DNA of 64,000 nt from Chlamydiales bacterium (GTDB taxonomy: Bacteria > Chlamydiota > Chlamydiia > Chlamydiales > SM23-39). The notes under the pieces are model-generated. The model worked only from the letters and a program-made list of their open reading frames with translations, was not told where the DNA came from and ran no database searches. The stretch spans positions 129,402-193,401 of the forward strand of contig JAUXXF010000016.1 of assembly GCA_030681135.1 (NCBI GenBank). Direction: 5' to 3'. Both the position numbers and the translations under genes were made by a program. Shown one piece after another: positions 33,888 to 43,665 of this stretch; position 1 is the first letter of the stretch, and each line of letters begins with the position of its first letter.

Positions 33888-35054
33888 ATGAACGTACATG
33901 AGTATCAAGCGAAAAACATTTTTAAAAAATATGGGATTGCTGTCTCTCCTTTTGGTGTCGCTTCGACTGTGGAAGAAGCGGTCTCTTGGGCCCATCAGCA
34001 TCATCTGAAACAGGCTGTATTGAAAATACAGGTTCATGCTGGAGGAAGAGGAAAGGCTGGAGGGGTAAAGTTTGCAAAAACAGTAGATGAGATTCCCGTC
34101 ATTGCAAAACAGCTTCTTGGGATGAAAATGGTCAATGAGCAGACAGGTCCTGAAGGGGTAATTGCTCATCAAATATTAATATCCGCACCGCTCGATATTG
34201 CCAAAGAGTTTTATCTTTGTGTGGTCATCGATCGAGAGCGTGCAGTTCCGATCCTGATCGCCTCCGCTGAAGGGGGAATGGACATCGAAGAAATCGCTCA
34301 CAAAACCCCTGAGAAAATTTTAAAAATCCCTTTTGGTTTTGATGGTCTCTTAAAACCTTATCAACTACTTCGCCTGACGAAATTCATGCATTGGACAGGA
34401 GAGGTCGCTGTAAAAGGGGCTCTACTTGCTCAACAGGTGGCAAAATGCTTTCTTGAAACCGACGCTTCTATGTTGGAGATCAATCCGCTCATACAAACTC
34501 CAACAGGAGATCTCTATGCGTTAGATGCAAAACTTGCTATCGATGACAATGCTCTTTTTCGCCACCCTGAACTTCGAGATTTTTACGATCCTACCCAGGT
34601 ATCTAGCCAAGAAGCTGCCGCAAGCGCCTCTGATCTAGCTTACATCGCCATGCATGGCGATATTGGTTGCATGGTCAATGGTGCAGGGCTTGCCATGGCG
34701 ACGATGGATATTATTCAGCTCCACGGAGCCTCTCCCGCAAATTTCCTAGATGTAGGGGGCGGCGCTTCCAAAGAAAAAGTTGCTGAAGGATTTCGGATTA
34801 TTCTCTCTGATCCTAACGTGAAAGCGGTCCTTGTGAATATTTTTGGCGGCATTATGAATTGCGCGACACTCGCCGAAGGCGTAGTGCATGCAGCAAAAAC
34901 GCTGCACGTCAAAGTTCCTATTGTCGTTCGCATGGAAGGGACCAATGTCCAAGAGGGGATACGGATTTTTAAAGAAAGCCATTTAAAAATTACGACTGCA
35001 GAGGATCTAGAGCAGGCTGCTAAACTCGCAGTACAAGCAATAAAAGGGCTCTAA
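33888..35054 (+). CDS. sucC: Succinyl-CoA ligase subunit beta
   Basis: MNVHEYQAKNIFKKYGI... has an ATP-grasp N-terminus and reads as a full-length SucC. Confidence 0.95.
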   Translation: MNVHEYQAKNIFKKYGIAVSPFGVASTVEEAVSWAHQHHLKQAVLKIQVHAGGRGKAGGVKFAKTVDEIPVIAKQLLGMKMVNEQTGPEGVIAHQILISAPLDIAKEFYLCVVIDRERAVPILIASAEGGMDIEEIAHKTPEKILKIPFGFDGLLKPYQLLRLTKFMHWTGEVAVKGALLAQQVAKCFLETDASMLEINPLIQTPTGDLYALDAKLAIDDNALFRHPELRDFYDPTQVSSQEAAASASDLAYIAMHGDIGCMVNGAGLAMATMDIIQLHGASPANFLDVGGGASKEKVAEGFRIILSDPNVKAVLVNIFGGIMNCATLAEGVVHAAKTLHVKVPIVVRMEGTNVQEGIRIFKESHLKITTAEDLEQAAKLAVQAIKGL

Positions 35055-35055
35055 C

Positions 35056-35211
35056 TTGGGGCTCTGCCCCAAACCCCGTTAAAGGACTTCGTCCTTTAAA
35101 ATCCTTTTTTTATTTTTCTGAGACAAAGCCCACGGCTTTGTCTCAGAAAAAAAAGAAAACTAGGATTCCATAAGGACGAAGTCCTTTGGCGGGGTTTGGG
35201 GCGGAGCCCCA
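35056..35211. repeat. GGGGC-rich palindromic repeat (family B), full unit, between sucC and sucD
   Basis: It has the same arms and the same central hairpin type (ctgagacaaagcccacggctttgtctcag) as 13080-13236. Confidence 0.85.
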
Positions 35212-35225
35212 CTATAAGGTTTACT

Positions 35226-36098
35226 ATGACGATTTTGGTTTCCAAAAAAACAAGAGTGATTGTGCAGGGGATCTCTGGCAAGGCCGGGCGTTTCCATGCA
35301 GAGCAGTGTAAAGAATACGGAACGCAGTTAGTGGGTGGAGTAACTCCTGGGAAAGGGGGACAGACGGTATTGGACGTTCCTGTGTTTGATACGGTTTGGG
35401 AAGCGAAGCAGGTGGTTGATCCTGATGCGAGTTTGATCTTTGTTCCGGCTCCTTTTGCCGCAGATGCGATTTTAGAGGCGGAAGATGCGGGGATAGAGCT
35501 GATTATCTGCATTACTGAAGGGATTCCGATACGAGATATGTTGGAAGTGAAACGGGTGATGAGCGCTTCGAAGAAGTCGCGTTTGATAGGACCTAATTGC
35601 CCCGGCATTATTTCTCCCGGAGAATGTAAAATTGGGATTATGCCTGGATATATCCATCAAAAAGGTTCGATTGGAATTGTGTCGCGCTCTGGAACACTTA
35701 CTTATGAAGCAGTCTGGCAGACGACGCAGCTTGGCCTTGGCCAGTCTACTTGCGTAGGAATTGGAGGGGATCCTTTGAATGGGACGAATTTTATCGATGT
35801 GTTGAAGCTTTTTGAAAAAGATCCTGAGACGGAAGGAATTTTACTCATTGGAGAAATCGGCGGCGAGGCTGAAGATGAGGCTGCTGAATGGATTGCCCGC
35901 CACTGTAAAAAACCGGTAGCTGCTTTCATTGCTGGAGCTAGCGCTCCTGCTGGCAAGCGGATGGGGCATGCGGGAGCGATTATTTCAGGAGGAAAGGGAA
36001 CGGCTGATCAGAAATTTGCGGCTCTGGAAAAAGCTGGTGTGACCATTACTCGTTCTCCTGCTGAGATGGGTTTGGCTATGAAAAAGGCGATGGGTTAA
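35226..36098 (+). CDS. sucD: Succinyl-CoA ligase subunit alpha
   Basis: The ATG at 35226 gives [24 protein letters not shown]. The track start at 35196 (TTG) lies inside the repeat. Confidence 0.95.
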   Translation: MTILVSKKTRVIVQGISGKAGRFHAEQCKEYGTQLVGGVTPGKGGQTVLDVPVFDTVWEAKQVVDPDASLIFVPAPFAADAILEAEDAGIELIICITEGIPIRDMLEVKRVMSASKKSRLIGPNCPGIISPGECKIGIMPGYIHQKGSIGIVSRSGTLTYEAVWQTTQLGLGQSTCVGIGGDPLNGTNFIDVLKLFEKDPETEGILLIGEIGGEAEDEAAEWIARHCKKPVAAFIAGASAPAGKRMGHAGAIISGGKGTADQKFAALEKAGVTITRSPAEMGLAMKKAMG

Positions 36099-36107
36099 AG
36101 GTATTTC

Positions 36108-37256
36108 ATGAGGGTGATTCCTGGACGTATTCCTGTTGCCATTCATCCTTTTTTCTGGGTGTTTTCTGCATTGATCGGTTGGTTTTATGGCCAAAGTTTG
36201 CTTGGAATGTTCATTTGGATAGGAATTATTTTGCTCTCCGTATTGATCCATGAATATGGTCACGCTCTTACGGCGGTGTTCTTTCGTCAAAAAGCAAGCA
36301 TTCAACTAGTGGCCTTCGGTGGGTTGACCACTTATGATGGCGGACCGCCGCTTCGGTTTTGGCAGCAATTTGTGATTGTTTTGAATGGCCCTTTATTTGG
36401 TTTTGGTCTTTGTCTGCTCGCGACAGCTCTTTTATGGGCGCCTTGGCCGCTTTTAGGATATAAGATCTGTAAAGCGTTTCAGATGGCCAATTTGCTGTGG
36501 AGTGCAGTCAATCTTCTTCCTGTGCTTCCTCTAGATGGAGGACAGCTTCTTCGAATTGCTTTGGAAGGGATATTTGGCCTTAAGGGATTTAGGGCGTCTT
36601 TATTGCTTAGCGCGGCGCTCTCTGGAGTTTTTAGCTGTGCGGCTTTTGTGTTTTCTTATTTTCTAGCCGGAGCCTTTTTCTTTTTGTTTGCTTTTCAAAG
36701 TTTTGATGCCTGGAAAAAATCCCGGTTTGCTACGCAAGAAGATCGGTCTGAAGAGAATAATCTCCTCATGGGACAAGTAGAGCTTGCCATCAAGGAGGGA
36801 AAAAAAGAGGAGGCAAGGCGGCTGCTTGAAGAGTTAGTAGTCAAATCGCCTCACGGCGTGCTCTTTGTAACAGCAAACCAATATTTAGCCTTTTTTGATA
36901 TGCAGCAAGGAAAGCCTGAATCAGCTTACGAGCGTTTATTGCCTTTGAAAGAGCTTCTTGCGGAAGAATCGATTTGTTTATTGCATCGATTGGCCTTTGA
37001 GCATGCCAACGATTCGGTCGTTCGAGAGCTTTCTACCAGATGTTATCAAATTGCTCCGACTCAGGAAGTGGCCCTGCGCAACGCAAGGAGCTTTGGACGT
37101 CTAAATGAGCCGACAGCTGCAGGCGGATGGATCCAAACAGCTTGGCAGCATGGAGCTTTTGATCTAGAGAAGCTTCTTGCAGATAGCGCTTTTGCCCAAG
37201 TCAAACAAGATGCTTCCTTTGTAGAATTTATCACTCCTATTCGACATCGAATTTGA
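36108..37256 (+). CDS. M50-family (site-2 protease-like) membrane metalloprotease with a helical C-terminal domain
   Basis: It has an HExxH motif (HEYGHAL) in a TM context, multiple TM helices, and LPVLPLDGG. Confidence 0.8.
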   Translation: MRVIPGRIPVAIHPFFWVFSALIGWFYGQSLLGMFIWIGIILLSVLIHEYGHALTAVFFRQKASIQLVAFGGLTTYDGGPPLRFWQQFVIVLNGPLFGFGLCLLATALLWAPWPLLGYKICKAFQMANLLWSAVNLLPVLPLDGGQLLRIALEGIFGLKGFRASLLLSAALSGVFSCAAFVFSYFLAGAFFFLFAFQSFDAWKKSRFATQEDRSEENNLLMGQVELAIKEGKKEEARRLLEELVVKSPHGVLFVTANQYLAFFDMQQGKPESAYERLLPLKELLAEESICLLHRLAFEHANDSVVRELSTRCYQIAPTQEVALRNARSFGRLNEPTAAGGWIQTAWQHGAFDLEKLLADSAFAQVKQDASFVEFITPIRHRI

Positions 37257-38496
37257 CCAAGCTGTCTAACAGAGCCTTTTTATCAAACGTTACGATCTTG
37301 ACGGCGCAATCATTTTCCCCGCAGGCAAGGTGGATTAGCTCCCGATCTTGCTGTTTTTCTACTACAAATCCGGAGGGGAAAATGACCCGTTTCCAATTTT
37401 GAGCTGTATTAGCGATTGGAGCGTCAAAGATGCCACGGAATAAAATAGGATAAGGAGACATTCTTGTGATAGTAAAAGGAGGCTCAGCTTTAAATGTGTA
37501 AGCTCCCATCACGTACCAAACCAGTCCTTTTTTTTCTGTAAAGGCGCTATGGAAAAATGCAAGATATTCGTCTCCGATTTTCTGTGCAGGGGTTCCTCCT
37601 CTAATTTGCCCCCATTTGTTGGGCCACGAGAAAGAGCAGTATGCTACCTCTCTTGGTAGAGGGAGATACTTTAATTCGTTTTTTGTTGGATCGGGGAGAG
37701 AAAAGAGCGTTCGTGGGCTAATTTGATATTCAAAGATGAGCTCTGGCTCTTTGTCTTTAGGAGTGTATTCGAAAGATCCCCAATTTTTCTCGATCCATTG
37801 TAAGTTCATGTCCAACACAGTCATGTAGTTTACATCAAAGGTTTTCTCGTTGATATTGGCAAGAGTCATACATCGGCAGCGGAGATTTTCTTCATCCAAC
37901 ATGTTAAAGGTTAAATAAATTTGGTCTTTAACTTTCGTAACACGAGGGTCTTCTGTATAGTTAGATGGTATGGGGATTTTTTTAAACTCTTGATTTCCCT
38001 GTTTAAAATCACGATCTAAAGTTACAACGCCTATGTGAGAATGATAGGGGACGTATTTGGCCTTTGAAGAGGTTACATCATATCTGAAAAATAGGTGGTA
38101 GCCAGATTCAGAGGCAATTAAGCTTGGATTATGGGGAGCATGAACATTTCTGATATCGATGGGAGTGACTCCCAAGATGAGTCCAGAATCTTCTCCGAAG
38201 GGAATGTTAGTTAGTTTTTCGGGGGTTGGGACTTTTCCTAAACAGTCAGCTGCAATGGCTTTATACTTAAGCTTGTTCATTGTAGTGCGAAGGATTTTTT
38301 CTTTTTTCTTCACTTTATGCATCTGAAGCTGAAAAAAAACAACCGAGCCGCAGGTACACAAGATCAACAGAGCAATAAGCCATATTAATCCCCGCCTGTT
38401 TTTTTGTTTGGTGGAGAGCTTCTCTTCCAGCCAAGATTTCAGTTTTTCAGTTTGCTGTGAATTTTTTGATGTTTTCGGAGGCTCTAATTGTTGCAT
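37237..38496 (-). CDS. Membrane-anchored GH130/DUF377-like beta-propeller glycosidase/phosphorylase-fold protein (paralog 1)
   Basis: It has an N-terminal TM anchor (LIWLIALLILCTCGSVVFF). The motifs EDPRV, EKNW, WGQIRGGTPA, FFHS, YVMGAYTF and CGENDCAVKI recall GH130 signatures. This is from memory and not verified. Confidence 0.5.
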   Translation of the reverse strand: MQQLEPPKTSKNSQQTEKLKSWLEEKLSTKQKNRRGLIWLIALLILCTCGSVVFFQLQMHKVKKKEKILRTTMNKLKYKAIAADCLGKVPTPEKLTNIPFGEDSGLILGVTPIDIRNVHAPHNPSLIASESGYHLFFRYDVTSSKAKYVPYHSHIGVVTLDRDFKQGNQEFKKIPIPSNYTEDPRVTKVKDQIYLTFNMLDEENLRCRCMTLANINEKTFDVNYMTVLDMNLQWIEKNWGSFEYTPKDKEPELIFEYQISPRTLFSLPDPTKNELKYLPLPREVAYCSFSWPNKWGQIRGGTPAQKIGDEYLAFFHSAFTEKKGLVWYVMGAYTFKAEPPFTITRMSPYPILFRGIFDAPIANTAQNWKRVIFPSGFVVEKQQDRELIHLACGENDCAVKIVTFDKKALLDSLVKFDVE

Positions 38497-38627
38497 TTTT
38501 TTTCCTATATGGACGAGTATATCCCTAAATTTAATCTAGAAGATGAAAAGAGAAAAGAGAAAAAAAATCAGTTGTGAGTTTTCTTGTATGTATGGAAAAA
38601 TCTATTTTTTATTGAGATGATTTTTTG

Positions 38628-39797
38628 ATGGAAATGCTTTATATTCTTTTTGTTCTGCAGTGTATTTTTTTATTTTATCAGTCGATCACTTTGCGCAATC
38701 TAAAACGCAGTCTTCGCAAAGTTCAAGATAAGTCGATCGCTTCTATGAAAAAAAGTGATGCTCGTTTGCATCATCTCTATTTTTCTTTCGATCAAGTGTT
38801 TAAGAGATTTTCTATGCCGCCTCCTTTGGAGAGGGTCCCTTTGGCTGATGAGACAGGGATTGTGCTTTCTGTAAAAAAAATCGAAATATCTCAAGCTCCA
38901 ACTGCTTATAATGCAGGTCTCGTAAAGCAAGATGATGGGTATTTTATGTGTTTTCGAATCGATACACCTATCTATGCTCGCGATACACTCTCTTATGTTT
39001 CAGATATTGGGTCTATTCGATTGAGAAGAGATTTTGAGCCCGAAGAGATGAGTTTTTCTATTATTGACACAGGAAGCCGCCATGCAGAAGATGCCAGGAT
39101 TTTTCAGCATCAAGATCAGCATTATTTATTATTCAACGACCTTTTAGCAATCAATCAACCGCGCAGTTTGTGTCTCGGCGCTCTTGATATCCAGAAGAGG
39201 CGCGTTGACTATCTGACTTCGCTCGACATAAAATCTGGGGTGGTTGAAAAAAACTGGACACCTTTTTCTTGTGAAGATGGGATACATTTTCTCCATACGA
39301 TCAATCCGCAGAAGATAATCAAGTTATCAGATCTAAAAAAACAATTTATTACTTCCGTTTCTTCAAACTCTTTGGCTTTGGATTGGTCTAAAAAATGGGG
39401 GCCGCTGCGAGGAGGGACTCCTGCTCAGTTAATAGATGGTGAGTATTTAACTTTTTTTCATAGTTCTTTTGAAGATTGCAAGGGAATCCGATGGTATGTA
39501 ATGGGAGCTTGTACCTTTGAGGCTTCGCCTCCTTTTCGGATGATAAGAATCTCATCGCATCCAATCCTCTTCAAAGGAATTTATGAGACGCCCATTGCAG
39601 GTGTCGCCCATCCTGGAGTTCGATCGATTTATCCTGTAGGATTTGTAGTTAAGGAAAGAGGAAATGAAGAAGTCATTCATGTTTCCTGCGGAGAGAATGA
39701 TTCTGCGATCAAGTTGGTCACGATAAGCAAAAAAGCTTTGTTTTCTGGTTTTGTTGAGATTGAGAGTATCTTCCAGTCAAAAGGCTCTTTAAGCTAA
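38628..39797 (+). CDS. Membrane-anchored GH130/DUF377-like protein (paralog 2)
   Basis: It has an N-terminal anchor (MEMLYILFVLQCIFLFY) and the motifs AEDARI, EKNWTPF, WGPLRGGTPAQ, FFHS, YVMGACTF and CGENDSAIKL. It is transcribed divergently from paralog 1. Confidence 0.5.
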   Translation: MEMLYILFVLQCIFLFYQSITLRNLKRSLRKVQDKSIASMKKSDARLHHLYFSFDQVFKRFSMPPPLERVPLADETGIVLSVKKIEISQAPTAYNAGLVKQDDGYFMCFRIDTPIYARDTLSYVSDIGSIRLRRDFEPEEMSFSIIDTGSRHAEDARIFQHQDQHYLLFNDLLAINQPRSLCLGALDIQKRRVDYLTSLDIKSGVVEKNWTPFSCEDGIHFLHTINPQKIIKLSDLKKQFITSVSSNSLALDWSKKWGPLRGGTPAQLIDGEYLTFFHSSFEDCKGIRWYVMGACTFEASPPFRMIRISSHPILFKGIYETPIAGVAHPGVRSIYPVGFVVKERGNEEVIHVSCGENDSAIKLVTISKKALFSGFVEIESIFQSKGSLS

Positions 39798-39942
39798 TTT
39801 GATTGGATTCAACTGTATTGTTTGAAAATTGGTCTTGGGGTAATAAGGTTTTATTTCTAAATGTTTATCTTTATTCCTTTTTGCTTAGGGGACAATGGTC
39901 GCTCGCTTTAGACAAGAATTCTGAAGTTATCCTGTCAAAATT

Positions 39943-40785
39943 CTAATTGTTCAGAGGTTCGTGTGCAATCCTATTAAATGGATGTTGCATGGATTTTTTT
40001 TCACATTCACTTTTGGGTAGGGCAATATAGTCATTTCCAAAAATTAAAGTTACGCTATATCCATAGGAAGTAACAAGTTCGATTGTTTTTTCAAATTGTT
40101 CTTTTATTTCTTGAGAACAATTGTTGTAGTCATAACCTCCCATGATTTCAAAGATTATAACCGGCTTATTTCTTAAGATAGTATCCCTTGCTCCTTGGAA
40201 AACAAAAAACTCATAACTCTCTACATCTATTTTAATTAGGGATACATTTTGGAGGTTTAAGCTGTCCAAAGTAATCATCTCAGCAAAGTCACCTCCAAGG
40301 CCAATAGGCGTTCCGCCTTCATTCGTTGGGTCGCTTGCTGTCATTTGAATCGTTCGAAAGTTTTCTCCAAGAGCTTTACGTAAAGTAGTTACGTTATTGC
40401 AATGATTCAAGCTCAAATTTGCTAAATGTTCAGCATGTATTTTTTTCTGGGGCTCAAAAGCAATTACTTGCCCCAAAGGGCCTACTTTTCTTGACATAGT
40501 GATTGTATGAATTCCAATATGAGCGCCTACATCTACTGCAACAGAGCCTTTTTTAACATAATATTTTATCAGATTGCCAATCCCACTCTCCCAGTAGATG
40601 CCTTGACGTAAATGCCATTTTATGCCATCCGGAATGTCATCTACATAAAAATAAGCGTCTAAGTCGGGCACATAAGATACTGTATAATTTCTTAAATCAA
40701 TCTCAGGATTTTCGCCAAATAATCCTAATGTAGAAAAAACACACAGACAGGAAGTGATTACAAATATCAATGATGGAGGTTTCAT
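39943..40785 (-). CDS. FkbM-family SAM-dependent methyltransferase with a signal peptide
   Basis: It contains VDVGAHIGIHT, FEPQ and IKIDVESYEFFVFQGA. The N-terminus is MKPPSLIFVITSCLCVFSTLGLFG. Confidence 0.8.
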   Translation of the reverse strand: MKPPSLIFVITSCLCVFSTLGLFGENPEIDLRNYTVSYVPDLDAYFYVDDIPDGIKWHLRQGIYWESGIGNLIKYYVKKGSVAVDVGAHIGIHTITMSRKVGPLGQVIAFEPQKKIHAEHLANLSLNHCNNVTTLRKALGENFRTIQMTASDPTNEGGTPIGLGGDFAEMITLDSLNLQNVSLIKIDVESYEFFVFQGARDTILRNKPVIIFEIMGGYDYNNCSQEIKEQFEKTIELVTSYGYSVTLIFGNDYIALPKSECEKKSMQHPFNRIAHEPLNN

Positions 40786-40850
40786 GGAATTCCTTTAGTT
40801 AGAATCTCTATATTCTATCAAAAAATTTTTTTTTAGGTTGCTTTTTTTAA

Positions 40851-41720
40851 TCATTGGTTGATGGAATCTGTAGAAGGTGTGATTGGAACATCAAAATTAA
40901 GAGAACATTTAGAAGGTATAAGATCTGTGGCATGTATGGAAGAGCCTAGACGGGCATTTTGAAAGCAAATGCCGGTGTCTCTGTCATGAGAAATATTCCC
41001 TGCTTCATGATTGATTTTATCAGGGAATTTTGTTCCATTATAACAGTAGAAAATGATTTTTTTCTGCTGCATGGCTTTTACCATAAAAATATCAATGATA
41101 CACATCCCTGGATCATCTTTAGGAACCTGCTTATATAACCCTAGAAGTTTTTGGGCCCCTTTTTTGCTAATAATATAGGCATGTAGACAAAATGCAGGTT
41201 CGGGTACTAAATAAGGCTCCGAGGGGGTCATATTCATTTGATTGCCAACTAAAAGAATGTCAAAAAATGGGGGCGTTAGATTCCAATAGATTGGAAATAG
41301 TTGTAAAAAATCAGAGTGAGGCAACATGTCATCTTCTGCTACAAATAAAAATTCTTTTTCTGAATTTTTTAGAAAATCTTCCCATACTAGAAGGTGAGAT
41401 GCGGCGCATCCTTTCTGCCCAACTCCAGCTACTTTCCCAAAAATGCCCAATCGTTCAAAAAAGTCATTTGTTGTGTAGAACCCATCTATAGCTTCAAAGC
41501 GTTGAATGTTTGTAAATCCAGATTGTTCCATTAAACATTTAGTTGTCTCGAATCGACTGAGATGACGATTTAGATTGATGACTACAGGTTGATCTAAAAT
41601 TGTTCGATAGTCGATCTCTTGAAGTATAGAATAAAAAGGATGTAGTGAGTTAGCCCATAGAGGTGCATTAAAATGCATAAAGATGCAGAATATACAGAAA
41701 AGAAAAAAAAATCGTTTCAT
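40851..41720 (-). CDS. Glycosyltransferase family 25 (LPS/collagen galactosyltransferase family) with a signal peptide
   Basis: It contains INLNRHLSRFE, RFEAIDG, KGCAASHLLVWEDF and FVAEDDMLP. The N-terminus is MKRFFFLFCIFCIFMHFNAPLWA. Confidence 0.8.
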   Translation of the reverse strand: MKRFFFLFCIFCIFMHFNAPLWANSLHPFYSILQEIDYRTILDQPVVINLNRHLSRFETTKCLMEQSGFTNIQRFEAIDGFYTTNDFFERLGIFGKVAGVGQKGCAASHLLVWEDFLKNSEKEFLFVAEDDMLPHSDFLQLFPIYWNLTPPFFDILLVGNQMNMTPSEPYLVPEPAFCLHAYIISKKGAQKLLGLYKQVPKDDPGMCIIDIFMVKAMQQKKIIFYCYNGTKFPDKINHEAGNISHDRDTGICFQNARLGSSIHATDLIPSKCSLNFDVPITPSTDSINQ

Positions 41721-41736
41721 AATTTAGTTCTAATTT

Positions 41737-42531
41737 TTAAGGTACAATATTTAAGCTGTGTATACTTGATCCCAGATTGCGATTCTGAAAGCAAATCCCA
41801 GTATTTCTACCCCGAGAGATGTTGTTAGCTCGGATATTGAGAATATCAGGAAATGGCGTGCCATTGTAGCAGTAGTGACTGATTTGATTTTGTTTTATCA
41901 TTTCTCCTAGAAAAATATCGATAACGTAAATGTCTGTGTTTTGCCTTGGGATTTGTTTGTATAATCGCAAAATTTTTTCAGCTCCTTTTTTGCTGATAAT
42001 ATAAGCGTGCATACAAGAAGCTGGTTCTTTGACAATCCAAAACTTTGATGGTTTTGTTTTCATTTGGTTCCCTACCAGTACAATATCAAAATCCATAGGA
42101 GTCCATTGCCAATACATGGGAAACAGCTTATGAAAGTCTGAATGAGGTAACATATCATCTTCTGCTATAAATAAAAATTCTTTTTCTGAATTTTTTAGAA
42201 AATCTTCCCATACTAGAAGGTGAGATGCGGCGCATCCTTTTTGTCCTTTGCCTCCTGTAAAAACACCTAAGCTTTCAAAGAAACTATCATCCATCGTAAA
42301 ACCGTCGATTGCCTCATAGCGTTCAATATTGGTAAAGCTGGCTTTTTCCATGAATTGTTTTGTTATTTCAAATCGATGGATATGACGTTTGAGGTTGATG
42401 ATGACAGGATGATCTAAAATATATTTATAGTCTATTTTGTTATTAGAATGTAGCGGAAAAAATGTAGAGCAAAATGCTATAAATAAATATATGAAAAGCC
42501 AATGAGAATGTAGTTTGTAATAGATTTTCAT
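41737..42531 (-). CDS. Glycosyltransferase family 25, paralog, with a signal anchor
   Basis: It contains INLKRHIHRFE, RYEAIDG, KGCAASHLLVWEDF and FIAEDDMLP. The hydrophobic N-terminus is HWLFIYLFIAFCSTFF. Confidence 0.8.
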   Translation of the reverse strand: MKIYYKLHSHWLFIYLFIAFCSTFFPLHSNNKIDYKYILDHPVIINLKRHIHRFEITKQFMEKASFTNIERYEAIDGFTMDDSFFESLGVFTGGKGQKGCAASHLLVWEDFLKNSEKEFLFIAEDDMLPHSDFHKLFPMYWQWTPMDFDIVLVGNQMKTKPSKFWIVKEPASCMHAYIISKKGAEKILRLYKQIPRQNTDIYVIDIFLGEMIKQNQISHYCYNGTPFPDILNIRANNISRGRNTGICFQNRNLGSSIHSLNIVP

Positions 42532-42744
42532 GATTAAGTCTCTTTTTTTTGCAAATTAATAATATTTTCACAGACTGTTGCTAGAAGTTCGTAGTGATTT
42601 AGAAATTTCCTGCGAGTGATGTGCTTTGATGTTTTTAGCAATAGCTGATATGAAGTTTAAGCAAATTTAGACAAACTTAGCTTTTTTTGATTTTTATGAA
42701 AAGTTTTTTATTCACGTTCCAATCATAGTAGAGTCGAGGTATAG

Positions 42745-43521
42745 ATGAAATTTGTCTGTTTGTGCATTTTATTCCTAGGAAATTTAGTGACGGGCAGAGG
42801 AGTGGAAGCTCTCTCAAGCCCATTATTTGTTAGTTTGGGAGGTTATTGTGAGGTTGCGGCCCAGTTAAGGAAGCATAACCTTAGAGAAGAGGCGTACCCT
42901 TTTGACTGGATACTTAGTTCGAGTCATGAAAAATTTTTAGAAATATTAAATGAGGATTTTCAGTTTTTTCTAGATGAAAACTATATTTTCCAAAATTCTG
43001 AACATCCTTTTATTTTAGAAAATAGACGATACGAATGTGAATTTAGGCATGATTGGCCTGTAAAGTTTGAAAGTGGTCTTAGTTGTCATTTGCAAGAAAT
43101 TGCTTCAAAATATGAAAGGAGAATTGCTCGTTTTAGAAAGCTCAGAGATTATTCCGGTAAAGTATTTTTTATTCGAGCTGCTTATGATAGCAAACAGGGT
43201 GGCATCCATTATTGGTGGAATGACAGTCAAGAACGTATTACTGCGGGCCAAGCCAAAACGTTAAAAATGGCTTTAGATCAGTTTTTCCCTTTGTTAGATT
43301 TTACACTAATAATCATTAATTATGAGGATGAGAAATTGGAAAAAATTGATGTTATCGATGGCGTAATTGAATTTAAAATAAGAAGAGAGTTTAAAGCTCT
43401 TGAATTTACAGAATTATTTCATCGTTTATATGAGAGGAGCAAAGTTAGCAGGAAGGACAGTAAAGACAACGCCGTGTATTGGATCGGATATAAATTCTTC
43501 TCGGACATCATAAAATGTTAG
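42745..43521 (+). CDS. DUF1796-like (putative papain-like peptidase fold) protein with a signal peptide
   Basis: SLGGYCEVAAQLRKHNLREEAYPFDWILSS matches my recollection of the DUF1796 N-terminal motif. The N-terminus is MKFVCLCILFLGNLVTGRGVEA. Confidence 0.55.
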   Translation: MKFVCLCILFLGNLVTGRGVEALSSPLFVSLGGYCEVAAQLRKHNLREEAYPFDWILSSSHEKFLEILNEDFQFFLDENYIFQNSEHPFILENRRYECEFRHDWPVKFESGLSCHLQEIASKYERRIARFRKLRDYSGKVFFIRAAYDSKQGGIHYWWNDSQERITAGQAKTLKMALDQFFPLLDFTLIIINYEDEKLEKIDVIDGVIEFKIRREFKALEFTELFHRLYERSKVSRKDSKDNAVYWIGYKFFSDIIKC

Positions 43522-43555
43522 CATTCAGAGGCTAGCAAGCAAAAATTATTTTTTT

Positions 43556-43564
43556 GGGGGGGGG
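43556..43564. repeat. G9 homopolymer tract in the intergenic region upstream of the 43666 methyltransferase gene
   Basis: ttttttgggggggggctag contains nine consecutive G, about 100 nt upstream of the ATG. Confidence 0.9.
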
Positions 43565-43665
43565 CTAGTTTTGATCTTCTTTCTATCAAATGAAAATTTT
43601 TGACATAAAGTGAGGATTGATGTATAAAACGCAGGTAATATTTTTTTTTAACAAAGGAGTTCTTT

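Noticed and set aside
35096-35608. 170-aa minus-strand ORF
   Set aside because: It is antisense to sucD and to the family B repeat, and sucD is unambiguous.
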